Source of the DNA: a virus
IMG/VR virus record: IMGVR_UViG_3300042691_051382
Length of the DNA: 64,000 nt
Strand: one strand, 5' to 3'
In this document: positions 41,701 through 50,118 of the stretch, in pieces
Position numbering within the stretch: the stretch's first letter is position 1
Layout: the number at the start of each line of letters is the position of its first letter
Program-made: the position numbers and the translations under genes
The notes under the pieces: model-generated
Told to the model about the DNA's origin: nothing
Seen by the model: only the letters and a program-made list of their open reading frames with translations
Databases searched by the model: none

Positions 41701-42062
41701 TGAACGCTAAAACCTACGCCAGTACCGCAAAGCAAGTTGTACATAGCTTCTTGAAAGAATCGCAAACGATCAACGTAAGAACCACAGCAATTATAACTGC
41801 GAGCGTTATGACGAAAAACGGCATCGCCAGCAAATTGCAGATTGCGTTGACTGCCGACACAAATTTTGTTTTCATAAGCATCAAATGCTTCGTCGATAAA
41901 AGGCTTGAGAGTTTCAATCGATCCTGCATATTTAGAAAGGTGCATACCACGACTGCGTTCGATACATTCTTTCCATGTTTCTCGACGATGAAGCTCGGTG
42001 TTATACTTGGCGTACTTTGAAACAAAGGTATAATCTGCAAGTGCCTGTACTTGTGCGTTCAT
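38772..42062 (-). CDS. nrdJ: class II (B12-dependent) ribonucleotide reductase with intein
   Basis: YNC, GTGVGFSV, GGIRRSA, QR..SNNS, GEPG, NP[intein]CVE, CNL, TCIKP.G, IACAGG.C; no small subunit nearby. Confidence 0.9.
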   Translation of the reverse strand: MNAQVQALADYTFVSKYAKYNTELHRRETWKECIERSRGMHLSKYAGSIETLKPFIDEAFDAYENKICVGSQRNLQFAGDAVFRHNARSYNCCGSYVDRLRFFQEAMYNLLCGTGVGFSVQAHHVAKLPPLDLREKTEIVTHEISDSIEGWADSIGILVSSYFKIVDQNSIYPEYQGKVVKFVYKNIREKGTPFSHGIGRAPGAEPLRNAHEKIRKLLDECVANGQTNLKPINAYDIVMHSSDAVLSGGIRRSATICIFSVDDQEMMNAKTGNWFIDNPQRGRSNNSALLLKNNTSPEQFKLLIESTKQFGEPGFYWSDSTEMIPNPCLPSDAWVLTKQGPRQIKDLIGKSFDAYVNGKLYHSPTGFFHTGYQKIYQVKTSEGYSVSATHNHQFLIVDEHNNQSWKTIDQLNIGDCMVIHDHDNIQWDGKLNEREGWLLGSLLGDGCISDDTAYLDYWGDNANIMKNIALDNLKSNNMIAEHVSGYSQIATVTKQRVESVNLKKLANSYGMRRGNKNLNENIEEISSDAYRGFLRGYFDADGSVQGNTAKGTSIRLCSVNMHNLEIVQRMLLRLGIYSKIFANRRPAGERKIKNGVYACQACHELVISRNMIGRYLDLIGFEDPEKKLKLNNLVCSYQKNFYKTKFVATVSSIVQKDSEMVYDCTVNDIHAFDANGFYTHNCVEIGFYCYDADGNSGWQFCNLSTINGSKIKTAADFRKAARAATIIGTLQAGYTDFPYLGKVTESIVRREALLGVSITGMMENPKVLLSAYYQREVASELSAVNREVAAIIGINPAARITCIKPEGSTSCMLGTSSGIHPHHAKRYIRRVQANKMEAPAQYYANLNPRSVEESSWSANNTDVCISFACEVNDNAILKNQIDAIQMLDNVKTTQMNWVASGCNAELGTQPWLSHNVSNTVVVKPEEWDAVEHYIYDNRQYFAGVSLIGSSGDKDYTQAPFTEVFTPAEIVEIYGNASLFASGIIEEAMMSYGDLWKACATALGYGENLDEKRVLEHEELHRQNKLNWIVRVKKFAKKYYGNDVKKVTYLLKDVYNWKLWYDIVKEHKKVDYTELYEGTNTTNGTQEIACAGGVCLV
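40020..41081 (-). mobile_element. intein (354 aa) with LAGLIDADG homing endonuclease
   Basis: Begins CLPSDAWV, has block B T.NH, LLGSLLGDG and FLRGYFDADG, ends FYTHN before Cys+1. Confidence 0.93.
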
Positions 42063-42070
42063 ACGAATCC

Positions 42071-42922
42071 TTATTTATTGAAATTTGAAACGTTTAAAAT
42101 TTTATTTGAGAATTCTAAATATTCTCTGCGGCTCATGCCAAGATCTTCGGCTTGAGCTTCGGTAAAAATCGTGAGCTTTTGATTTTTGATCAACTCTTTT
42201 AACAAATGCAATTCCATTCTAGAAAAACTTTGTGTGTTCAAAACGTAATCTTCAAAAGCTTCGAATGTCAACGGGAACCGTTCTCTCAGTAAAGTATATA
42301 TGCTTTCAGCGTAAATTTGAATCTCTTTTTGAGCGTGAGAATGCATACGTAAACGTAGAAAATGCAAGATGTTATGAATATCGCACTTCCAATATGCAAG
42401 AGTATAATGGCTTACCGGCAAACAAGAGCGAGCCAATTCTCTGCTGACTCCTTCATTCAGCCTACGACGATATTCATTGAATGCTTCATTTTCCACATCA
42501 TTTGACTCGTAAAACATCGGCTCTTCGCCACCTTGCTTGTTGGTGACGCTTTGTGCACGCCATTCATCGGGAACATAATATTCTTCGGGTAGCTCCGAAT
42601 AACGTCCCGACAATTCGTTCACGTTTGCAGTACGATGACGAATCCACTGTCGCCAAATAAAAACCGGAACCTTCACAAGAAAACGCGCTTCAGCCATTTC
42701 AAACGGGCTGGTGTGATGATGGCGCATCAGATAACGAATCAGATTGCGATCATCCGAAATGGTTTTGGTGCCAGCACCGTAACTTACACGCGCACTTTCG
42801 GCAATCGTAGAATCGCTACCCATTGTTTCTTTGAGAACCACAAAACCGTGATCCAAAACTTTGATCGCATTGGGATCGTTTTTTACATCGTCCCAAACAA
42901 TATTTTTTGTTAATTCGCTCAT
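42071..42922 (-). CDS. thyX: flavin-dependent thymidylate synthase
   Basis: ARVSY, HTSPFE, RQW.RHR...NE.SGRY, RELAR..LP, HAQ.EI. Confidence 0.96.
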   Translation of the reverse strand: MSELTKNIVWDDVKNDPNAIKVLDHGFVVLKETMGSDSTIAESARVSYGAGTKTISDDRNLIRYLMRHHHTSPFEMAEARFLVKVPVFIWRQWIRHRTANVNELSGRYSELPEEYYVPDEWRAQSVTNKQGGEEPMFYESNDVENEAFNEYRRRLNEGVSRELARSCLPVSHYTLAYWKCDIHNILHFLRLRMHSHAQKEIQIYAESIYTLLRERFPLTFEAFEDYVLNTQSFSRMELHLLKELIKNQKLTIFTEAQAEDLGMSRREYLEFSNKILNVSNFNK

Positions 42923-43944
42923 ACTCGTTTCCACTTTGAAAGTTTAAGATGTGCCGCCAAACCTTGATGGGTATTATTATCTATCATCTGCTGAATCCAC
43001 TCGATCGACATCAAACCCATATGCATGTCGTTGACATCTTTGAAAGTTACAGTATCGGGCCATATACAAACTTTCAAACCAGCATCGATAGCATCTTTGA
43101 TTGTCGCAACAATTTCTGCATTTCTGGGTTCGTTGTCGTACACAAAAACTGTATTGCTTGTGTCGAACGGCATGCGATCAAAAGAAATGGAAGATCCTGC
43201 TAGAGCAACCGAATTGTCGATAAACAAACTATCGATTGGTCCTTCAAAACAATAATTCTTTTTGGTTTGATCGAGTCGTTCCATGCCATAAATTTTAGCC
43301 ACATCCTGTTCGCTGTCGCGAATGGTTATATATCGACTAACAGCGTTGGGATCAAGAGCACGACCCTGGATTGCAAACAGTTTTTTGTCGGCTGTATAAA
43401 AAGGAATCACAATTCGCTCGTCTCTGGGTCCACCCGATTCATGCAAGTTCTTTTTTGCTGCTTCGTTGAAGTTTTCTGTGTAGTAAAGAATACGCCAGTG
43501 CTTTTCGGGAATCAAACGATCAGCAATATATTTTTTAGCATGATGATCATCGGGTAGATCGCAGATTCTAGTACAACACAGCAAATCGTTTTTGGTATCA
43601 AAAACAGGTTTGTTTGAAGCAACAATTTTAGTTATTTCTTTGTAGTTGGCTGTGGTACCTGAAGTAAACTTTTCTTTGATCGTTTCCAAACGATAATCTT
43701 CGTACAACACTCCACCAGTTTGTTCTAAAAATTTTGGAAAAGTTGTGGAGTACGAACAGTTGTGGCACTTGACAAAAAACTTACCCTTTTCTTCAAAAAA
43801 GAAAAAACGAGTTTTGTTTTTATTTTTCTTGGAATCACCGCAAATAGGACAACGACACACAGCAACATTGTTGCGCTTCCAGGAAAACTTTTCAAGGCGA
43901 GCACCAACAAGATTGATATATTTCATTTCAACAAAATAACTCAT
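42919..43944 (-). CDS. DNA primase gp61
   Basis: RCPICGDS.K...K.R, CHNC, QGR, EGPIDS.F, DNEPRN, KD.ND. Confidence 0.95.
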   Translation of the reverse strand: MSYFVEMKYINLVGARLEKFSWKRNNVAVCRCPICGDSKKNKNKTRFFFFEEKGKFFVKCHNCSYSTTFPKFLEQTGGVLYEDYRLETIKEKFTSGTTANYKEITKIVASNKPVFDTKNDLLCCTRICDLPDDHHAKKYIADRLIPEKHWRILYYTENFNEAAKKNLHESGGPRDERIVIPFYTADKKLFAIQGRALDPNAVSRYITIRDSEQDVAKIYGMERLDQTKKNYCFEGPIDSLFIDNSVALAGSSISFDRMPFDTSNTVFVYDNEPRNAEIVATIKDAIDAGLKVCIWPDTVTFKDVNDMHMGLMSIEWIQQMIDNNTHQGLAAHLKLSKWKRV

Positions 43945-45287
43945 GAGAAAAATCCTTCAAGCGTATTCTTGCGTTCGTGACTCCATTTGACTGCATCAAG
44001 CAAACCAATCAAAGGTTCCAGAAATGTTTTCTCAAACTGCAAATTGTAGTCAACATACTGTGTCAATTTCATTTCGGGTGGGATTTTTCCAACATAACTT
44101 ATCACACGATCGCCTGTTGGATTTGGCTCGCGCAAATACAAAAAGCGAATTTTGTCTCCGTCGCCGATCTTGGTGTACAGTTTGTTGAGTTTCATTTTGT
44201 CGAGCATGTGATTGAATATCAAAGCACCCTTGACGTGAATGGGTGTTCCCTTCGTGAATACAGTACTCTTGCTGGCATATTTTTCCAGTCCATTTACGCC
44301 ACGAGGAAAAGAAATATCTTCGGGTTGACTTGCAAAAAACACTTGCTTGAAATTGTCAATATAATCAATCAAACTGTTTTCGTCTTGCGTGAGAATAATC
44401 TTAACACACTGCTTGAGATGTTCACGACAAATCGATGGAGTACTGGATCTTTGAACTTCGATGCCCATGATCTTGAGTTGCGGTTCGCTGTAACGAACTC
44501 CTTCGCTGTCGTGAACATTCAAGCAATACATTTTCTTGGCTTTCCACAAGCCACGATCCGCAATAACTTCGCGCTTCATTTCCATCTTTTGTGAATACGC
44601 ATTCATACGATCAGCCAATTGCTGATAGCACTTTTCGATGTACGGATCCATGATCTGCTTGCAGAACTTGTCCAAGAAATCAACAATCTTGGTTTTGTTG
44701 GTTTCGTTGGGACACGAAACTTCAACAGCCGTTTTGAGATTCAAGTACACGCTGTCGGTGTCGCTTGCGATCACATAATCACGGTTTTTTGTTTTGAACA
44801 ACTTGTTGAGATATTCGTTGAGTTTGTTTTGAATCCAACGAATACTCAACTGCCCCGACAGCGTGATTGCTTCGGCTTGACGCACATCGTAGTGACGGAA
44901 ATACTGATTACCCAAAGCACCATACGCAGAATTTAATGCTATCTTGTATGCCGATTGTTGAGTATTGTATTTGTCTATTTGTTTTTGAATATTGTTTTTT
45001 TGATCGATGGTAATGTCTTTTTTTGATGCTTCTTTTTTTAACAAAGACATTTTTTGTTTACTGTATTTGCGCTTTTCGTACATAGAATTCATTAATTCTG
45101 GTAAAAATCCATCAGAATCTTTTTTATAAATTGTACCATTGGATGCAATAGCAAAATTCAGCAATTGACATGCTTCAAAGATCAAAGGATTTACTTTACC
45201 ATCAATTATAGAGTCTGGAGAAATACTAGTTATTCTTCCATTTTCCATCGAATCCAGTAGAATTTTTAATGCTTCTTTTTTTGTCAT
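43941..45287 (-). CDS. DNA polymerase gp43, C-terminal fragment
   Basis: GFLP, K..LNS.YGA.GN (motif B), DTDS (motif C), KK.Y, clamp-binding TLEGFF; ATG 45287 overlaps the endonuclease stop. Confidence 0.93.
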   Translation of the reverse strand: MTKKEALKILLDSMENGRITSISPDSIIDGKVNPLIFEACQLLNFAIASNGTIYKKDSDGFLPELMNSMYEKRKYSKQKMSLLKKEASKKDITIDQKNNIQKQIDKYNTQQSAYKIALNSAYGALGNQYFRHYDVRQAEAITLSGQLSIRWIQNKLNEYLNKLFKTKNRDYVIASDTDSVYLNLKTAVEVSCPNETNKTKIVDFLDKFCKQIMDPYIEKCYQQLADRMNAYSQKMEMKREVIADRGLWKAKKMYCLNVHDSEGVRYSEPQLKIMGIEVQRSSTPSICREHLKQCVKIILTQDENSLIDYIDNFKQVFFASQPEDISFPRGVNGLEKYASKSTVFTKGTPIHVKGALIFNHMLDKMKLNKLYTKIGDGDKIRFLYLREPNPTGDRVISYVGKIPPEMKLTQYVDYNLQFEKTFLEPLIGLLDAVKWSHERKNTLEGFFS

Positions 45288-45952
45288 TTGAAACGGCATT
45301 CCCTAGAACAAAACAATCTAGTTTTGATGCAATTTGGTGTATAAAATTCTTTATTACAATTTTTGCATATCCATTTTTTCTTTTTTGGATATAAAAGTTC
45401 TTTTGGTTTTTTTCCCGCGATTCCTAATTCCTGTATTCTTTTTTTAACTAAAGAAGCACTGCAATTATTTTCTTTTGCTATCTCTGGCTTCGTTTTTCCT
45501 TTGACTACAAATTCTTCGTATAATTCTTCATAAGTAGGATCATATATCCTTAATCCTTTGCAAGCTTTGCGAAAAGATTGTATAGATTCTTCTGACCATT
45601 CTGGACGTTTACAGCCAGAATACGATCCACCTTTAAAATCGGATATATTAAATAATATCCCACCGTCAACAAAACGTCTACCATGTTTTTTAATATATTC
45701 ATGTTCAATATTATATGCTTGTTCGTCTGAAATGTTTTCGGCTAGAATAACTATATGTGGTTTTTTACCAGATTCCATCATTGATTTTATTTTATAATAT
45801 AAGTATGGATTTGTCGTTTTTTCCGGATTTTTCCATAGAGATGGTTTTAAATGAGCATTTTTTCGATTGTCGTGACCTTTTCCAACATAAAATCCCGGAT
45901 CTTCGGATTCTTCTGTTTCTTTATACAGATACACGTAACAGTTATTTTTCAT
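45284..45952 (-). CDS. free-standing GIY-YIG-type homing endonuclease
   Basis: YVYLY...FYVGKG...R...H, A...E...I...G...L.N; C-terminal HTH-like segment and CxxC...FCS..C zinc finger; AT-rich. Confidence 0.8.
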   Translation of the reverse strand: MKNNCYVYLYKETEESEDPGFYVGKGHDNRKNAHLKPSLWKNPEKTTNPYLYYKIKSMMESGKKPHIVILAENISDEQAYNIEHEYIKKHGRRFVDGGILFNISDFKGGSYSGCKRPEWSEESIQSFRKACKGLRIYDPTYEELYEEFVVKGKTKPEIAKENNCSASLVKKRIQELGIAGKKPKELLYPKKKKWICKNCNKEFYTPNCIKTRLFCSRECRFK

Positions 45953-45959
45953 TGCATTC

Positions 45960-46006
45960 TCCTAAATAAGATGGGGGTATAGTATGTATCCCCATCTTAT
46001 TTAGGA
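45960..46006 (-). promoter_or_regulatory. 17-bp hairpin sequestering the endonuclease RBS, with a late-type CTAAATA in the 5' arm
   Basis: TCCTAAATAAGATGGGG / CCCCATCTTATTTAGGA perfect inverted repeat; AGGAG SD overlaps the stem. Confidence 0.8.
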
Positions 46007-46007
46007 A

Positions 46008-47282
46008 TTAGCAATTTTTGATCATCTGCAACAGGTCTTCTTCGGTGACCATCTTGCTAGGGCAAATATTAAATTGTGAAATAGTCATAGGATACATAGA
46101 ATTTAAATCATAACTCACAACCCAATCGTGAAATCCAACGATCGGATCTTTTACGTATGCGCCTGCGTATTGACTGTCTTTGTTTTTGTCGCGACGTTGC
46201 GAGATCACAATGTTGCTGCGAAGCAGATGGTTGTAAATGATCGTGTCCCACATTCGCACTTGACCAAACACATCGTTGTAATTGGTTTTAGCGAGATAAG
46301 CCATCGATATGTGCAGTTCAAGCAGATTGAGTTTGTCGTCCAGTTCACGAACCAGATCCACGTCTTGAACGTTATATTCAACAAACTTTTGAAAGTTTTT
46401 GGTGTAGAAATCTCGGATGTGACCGTACTCGGAATAATCAACTTTCTTTTTGCCGAGTTCTATGCTTGCGATATAATCAAGCTTGTAGCTTTCGCGTGGC
46501 GCAAGAACATACTTGCGATACAACTCGTAGTAATCGAGAATATCAACGCCCGAGATTTTGTAAACCTGTTGCGTTTTGCCTTTGTAATCTACTTCGTCGT
46601 CACGCAGATTGCGCCACGGCGAAAGGCTGCGAGCCACATCGTTTCCGCGCTTGCCAAACACACGCTTGATGCGATTCACAATATATGGAATATCGTAGAA
46701 ACGAACATTCCATCCTGTCACTACATCCGGATCAATCTCTCGCCAAATCTCAACAAACTTTTCTAAAAGATCTTTTTCGTCTTGAAAAACTTGTTGATAT
46801 ACATTCGCATCTTCAGGAAGTATGAAATTGTTTGTCGCAAGTACATACTTGCGATCATTGTATCTAACGGTGATAACATTGATTTTCTCGCTTGCGTCTT
46901 TGGGATCGCTAAAGCCATCTTCGCATTCGTTCTCAATATCTATGTACACCGTACGAATCGTATTCATGTCATACTCGGCATCCTCGTGATTGGGATACAA
47001 ACTAGAGATGTATTGATAAATCCAATCGGTATGACCGTGGACCTCAAAGTTTTGAACATCCGAATATGTTTCCACAAAATCTTCGCAATCGCGAATGGTT
47101 CCGGGTTGAATTGGTTCCACAGCCACACCCTTGATGGTGCGATATGTTGCTGTCGCATTTTTGCTAGGAACATACAACGTCGGTCTAAATGCAATGCGCT
47201 GTTCCACACGCTTGCCGTTCTCGTAACCACGATACAAAATATTGTCGCCGCTCGTTTGAACGTTTGTGTAAAATGTATTCAT
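46008..47282 (-). CDS. DNA polymerase gp43, N-terminal fragment (exonuclease + motif A)
   Basis: MNTFYTNV, DIE, TGWN..FYD.PY, LDY..LY.K, YN..DV, Y.GAYVK.P, SYDLNSMYP; start at ATG 47282. Confidence 0.93.
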   Translation of the reverse strand: MNTFYTNVQTSGDNILYRGYENGKRVEQRIAFRPTLYVPSKNATATYRTIKGVAVEPIQPGTIRDCEDFVETYSDVQNFEVHGHTDWIYQYISSLYPNHEDAEYDMNTIRTVYIDIENECEDGFSDPKDASEKINVITVRYNDRKYVLATNNFILPEDANVYQQVFQDEKDLLEKFVEIWREIDPDVVTGWNVRFYDIPYIVNRIKRVFGKRGNDVARSLSPWRNLRDDEVDYKGKTQQVYKISGVDILDYYELYRKYVLAPRESYKLDYIASIELGKKKVDYSEYGHIRDFYTKNFQKFVEYNVQDVDLVRELDDKLNLLELHISMAYLAKTNYNDVFGQVRMWDTIIYNHLLRSNIVISQRRDKNKDSQYAGAYVKDPIVGFHDWVVSYDLNSMYPMTISQFNICPSKMVTEEDLLQMIKNC

Positions 47283-47288
47283 ATAAAA

Positions 47289-47360
47289 AGCCACCTGCGG
47301 GATTTGCACCCGCGCTCTGACGCTTACAAGGCGACCGCATTACTACTCTGCTAAGGTGGC
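47289..47360 (-). tRNA. tRNA-Thr(TGT), atypical
   Basis: GCCACCT/AGGTGGC acceptor, loop CT-TGT-AA; T-loop reads TGCAAAT and the anticodon stem has a T-T mismatch. Confidence 0.75.
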
Positions 47361-47365
47361 TAAAA

Positions 47366-47710
47366 TCACCAAGTTGTGTTGTTATCGCAACGAAAATCTT
47401 TGCGATCTTTGATGAACGATGCAAACAGCACCGCATAGTTGATCACATCAACGATTGTGTCTTCGAGTGTTTCGTCTTTGACTTGAAACACTCCCGTTTC
47501 CACAAACGAACTGAGGCGACTCATCTTGTCGGTCATGCGCACAAGAAAACCTTGTTCGGTGGTGCAGATGCCCATAGCTTCGCAGCGTGTGAAATTTGCA
47601 AATGGTTGATCGCCACCCGAACCTGCGTAGTCGGCATTCTTGCGGCGCATCAATTCGAGTGCTTTCTTGCAAAGCTCTTCGTGATTCTTCAACAATTCAT
47701 CGCGAGTCAT
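47366..47710 (-). CDS. DUF1599/Nmad1-like nucleotide-modification-associated protein
   Basis: KN.DY...PF.NF, G.LVR..DK..RL, ET..DT..D..NYA. Confidence 0.75.
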   Translation of the reverse strand: MTRDELLKNHEELCKKALELMRRKNADYAGSGGDQPFANFTRCEAMGICTTEQGFLVRMTDKMSRLSSFVETGVFQVKDETLEDTIVDVINYAVLFASFIKDRKDFRCDNNTTW

Positions 47711-47720
47711 AATGTTCCTT

Positions 47721-48272
47721 TCACTGTTTGCCGGTGCTACCAAATCCACCCGAACGATCGGTCTTTGCAGACGGGCGTGCATCTGCCAACTCGATAGTAT
47801 ATTCAGGTAGCTTCACCAATTCCAATTGCGCAACACGATCTCCATGATCGATGCGTACTTCCGAATCGCTGATGTTAACAACAGAAATATAAAGTTGTTC
47901 AACATAATCCCAGTCAACAATTCCTTCGCAATTCGAAAGCGATAATCCGGTCTTGAACGACATTCCCGAACGCGGATGCACACGCACCGAATATCCTTCG
48001 GGAATATCCAAAACAATTCCAGTTGGAATCAATGCACGATCGCCTGGATTTAAAATTGTATGAAATTTGTCGCCAGTAAAAAGTTGAAATGCCATGTATT
48101 GCATTTCTTTGTTTTTATTGTCGTACACTTTGAACATACGTTCGTGTGTACCGAAATATGCACGAACGTCCGCACAAGCCGAACCTTGTGTTGCAAACTT
48201 CAAATCATCAACATCCGCATAAAGTTTATGATATTTCAGAACTGATTTTTTAACAAAATTCAATTGACTCAT
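47721..48272 (-). CDS. dut: dUTPase
   Basis: GSACAD, LIPTG, PRSG, GIVD.DY, GDR.AQ, R.GGFGSTG. Confidence 0.95.
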   Translation of the reverse strand: MSQLNFVKKSVLKYHKLYADVDDLKFATQGSACADVRAYFGTHERMFKVYDNKNKEMQYMAFQLFTGDKFHTILNPGDRALIPTGIVLDIPEGYSVRVHPRSGMSFKTGLSLSNCEGIVDWDYVEQLYISVVNISDSEVRIDHGDRVAQLELVKLPEYTIELADARPSAKTDRSGGFGSTGKQ

Positions 48273-48289
48273 AATATAATCTCCTAAAA

Positions 48290-48317
48290 TTTGGCTGCGC
48301 TTTTCAACGCAGCCAAA
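48290..48317 (-). terminator. hairpin after hsp20
   Basis: TTTGGCTGCG...CGCAGCCAAA. Confidence 0.6.
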
Positions 48318-48320
48318 GTG

Positions 48321-48746
48321 TTATTGAATTTCAATTCGTGCTTCAAGCTTTTTGGCCATCGGCAAATCCAAACGAATCGTCAGGATGCCGTCTTCGAGTT
48401 TGGCACTGTGAACCACGTACTTTTCACCCACACGAAATTGACGCACAAAATCGCGCTTGGCGATTCCACGGTATCCAGTTACGGGTGTGTTGCTTTGCTT
48501 TTGCCCCTTGACGGTCAGCACATTGTTTTCAAGATACGCATCCAATTCGCATTTCTTGAAACCGGCAACCGCAAGTTCCACATACGTAGTTTCGGCTACA
48601 TCTTGCTGTGTGGGTTTTACCGACCACACGTTGAACGGTGGATACGCTGAATTGTCTTTGGAAGCCAGCACAACTTCCAGTTCTTTGAACAAATCATCGT
48701 AGCCAATAAACGAACGAAACAGCGGACTATTAAAAACCAAATCCAT
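48321..48746 (-). CDS. small heat-shock protein Hsp20 (IbpA-like)
   Basis: YPP.N, ELAVAGF, YRGIA.R.F.R.F, A.L.DG.L.I.L. Confidence 0.92.
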   Translation of the reverse strand: MDLVFNSPLFRSFIGYDDLFKELEVVLASKDNSAYPPFNVWSVKPTQQDVAETTYVELAVAGFKKCELDAYLENNVLTVKGQKQSNTPVTGYRGIAKRDFVRQFRVGEKYVVHSAKLEDGILTIRLDLPMAKKLEARIEIQ

Positions 48747-48821
48747 ATTTGCCTCCTTATAAAGCAAGGTTTTTACACGAGTCCCCGATCGGGCAACTCA
48801 GTATTATATAGTAGTTTTTGC

Positions 48822-49025
48822 TTAATAATCTCGCAGTTCTCGGCGAGAACTTCTGCGATCTTGTTTAGAGGTCGGACGACCACCAAATGTACTGGATCTT
48901 GGTTTTCCTACCAAACGTTCACGTTCCAAGCGTTGCTCGCGAGCAATCTTTGCTGCAGCCGACAAAAAATCTTGAACAGAATCTTTCTTTTTGTTTTCAA
49001 CAACAAATTGTTTGAAGCTAATCAT
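48822..49025 (-). CDS. small basic protein (MISFKQFV.E start)
   Basis: M.SFK.F..E N-terminus typical of T4-like head-internal proteins. Confidence 0.6.
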   Translation of the reverse strand: MISFKQFVVENKKKDSVQDFLSAAAKIAREQRLERERLVGKPRSSTFGGRPTSKQDRRSSRRELRDY

Positions 49026-49032
49026 TTTTGTC

Positions 49033-49272
49033 TCACTTGTCGTTTCTGCGATTTTGATCGCCAATGATCGCACCACCTACACCACCTATAATGGCTCCAG
49101 CAGCCGCTCCTTTGCCCATATCGCCCGTTAGCGAGCCGATACCCATTCCAGCCAGTGCTCCAAGGGCTGCACCGCTTAAACCGCCTTGTACGGCATTGTT
49201 GCACCCCGGCAGAAAAATGAATCCACTTGCTGCAACAAAAATCTTAATTTTGCTCTTCAGATTGAGTTTCAT
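49033..49272 (-). CDS. glycine-zipper lipoprotein
   Basis: Basic N-terminus, hydrophobic stretch, LPG-C lipobox, GAALGA..G...G...GAAAGA..G..GG. Confidence 0.75.
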   Translation of the reverse strand: MKLNLKSKIKIFVAASGFIFLPGCNNAVQGGLSGAALGALAGMGIGSLTGDMGKGAAAGAIIGGVGGAIIGDQNRRNDK

Positions 49273-49681
49273 TTTTAATTTTCTTTCCGATATTGTATTT
49301 GGGAACAAGTTTCCACTCGTTTTTTTCTTTGTAATTCAATACTTTGATTGTGTTCATCAAAGCAACCGGTTCCTCGGTTTTTGCTTGATCTACTATATTG
49401 ATCAAGCCCCAATCTTCCAATAAATTTGTGATGGTATTTCTACGAGCCAGATCGTCTTCATCGAAAGTTATATCGTGACCATCCAAACCAAACAACTCTT
49501 TAAAGTGAACTATGTAATATTTGCCGCGTTTGTGAAGTATATGACACGATTGATAGAGTGTGTTTTCTTTGCGACTCGCAACACCAATTCGGGTCAAAGT
49601 TTCTTTTATTTTCAAGAAATTTTGCGGATCGGTTAAAGTGACTTCCACTAGACTTTCTAAACCTTTAAATTCTGTATTCAT
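49244..49681 (-). CDS. regA: translational repressor RegA
   Basis: FLKIKETLTRIGVASRK...LYQSCHILHK.G.YYIVHFKELF. Confidence 0.96.
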   Translation of the reverse strand: MNTEFKGLESLVEVTLTDPQNFLKIKETLTRIGVASRKENTLYQSCHILHKRGKYYIVHFKELFGLDGHDITFDEDDLARRNTITNLLEDWGLINIVDQAKTEEPVALMNTIKVLNYKEKNEWKLVPKYNIGKKIKNETQSEEQN

Positions 49682-49729
49682 TTTTATAATCCTAAAACAA
49701 CCAGTTTCAAGATTATTTATAAATACAGA

Positions 49730-50116
49730 TTATTTACCGTTCATGTGTTGAGTCTCTTTTAAGATTTTTTCAATATCTTCGGGTTTAAGTACGCTCAAAG
49801 CTTGACGAGCACGAGCTTCGCTGTAACCAAACACCGTTTTGATGGCATCAACTTCAAATTGATTGTTGTATTCGGGCTTGTGCCATTTGGAATATCGCTT
49901 CTTTTTGCTTGTGCTGTAAAACAAATAATCGTATTGCATTCGTTTGTCGATATGATGATTGGTGTTCATGGCATTAGCCAGAAATATCGTATCGGCAAAA
50001 TTACTCAAGCTTCTGTTGGTGATGTATGGATTGTATTCTCGCTCTTCGAGCGGATCGCCGTTCATCATTGGGTTTTTGGAATTTGTTATCGAGTTTACAT
50101 AATCAAAAGGATTCAT
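49730..50116 (-). CDS. clamp loader small subunit gp62
   Basis: PFDY.NSI, Y.PY..NR.LS...DT...AN.MN, QYD, KKR.SKW.K. Confidence 0.92.
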   Translation of the reverse strand: MNPFDYVNSITNSKNPMMNGDPLEEREYNPYITNRSLSNFADTIFLANAMNTNHHIDKRMQYDYLFYSTSKKKRYSKWHKPEYNNQFEVDAIKTVFGYSEARARQALSVLKPEDIEKILKETQHMNGK

Positions 50117-50118
50117 AA

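Noticed and set aside
45240-46070. Split intein or group I intron rejoining gp43
   Set aside because: No intein N-terminal block or HN-C/S end; only about 55 nt of non-coding DNA, taken up by a simple hairpin.
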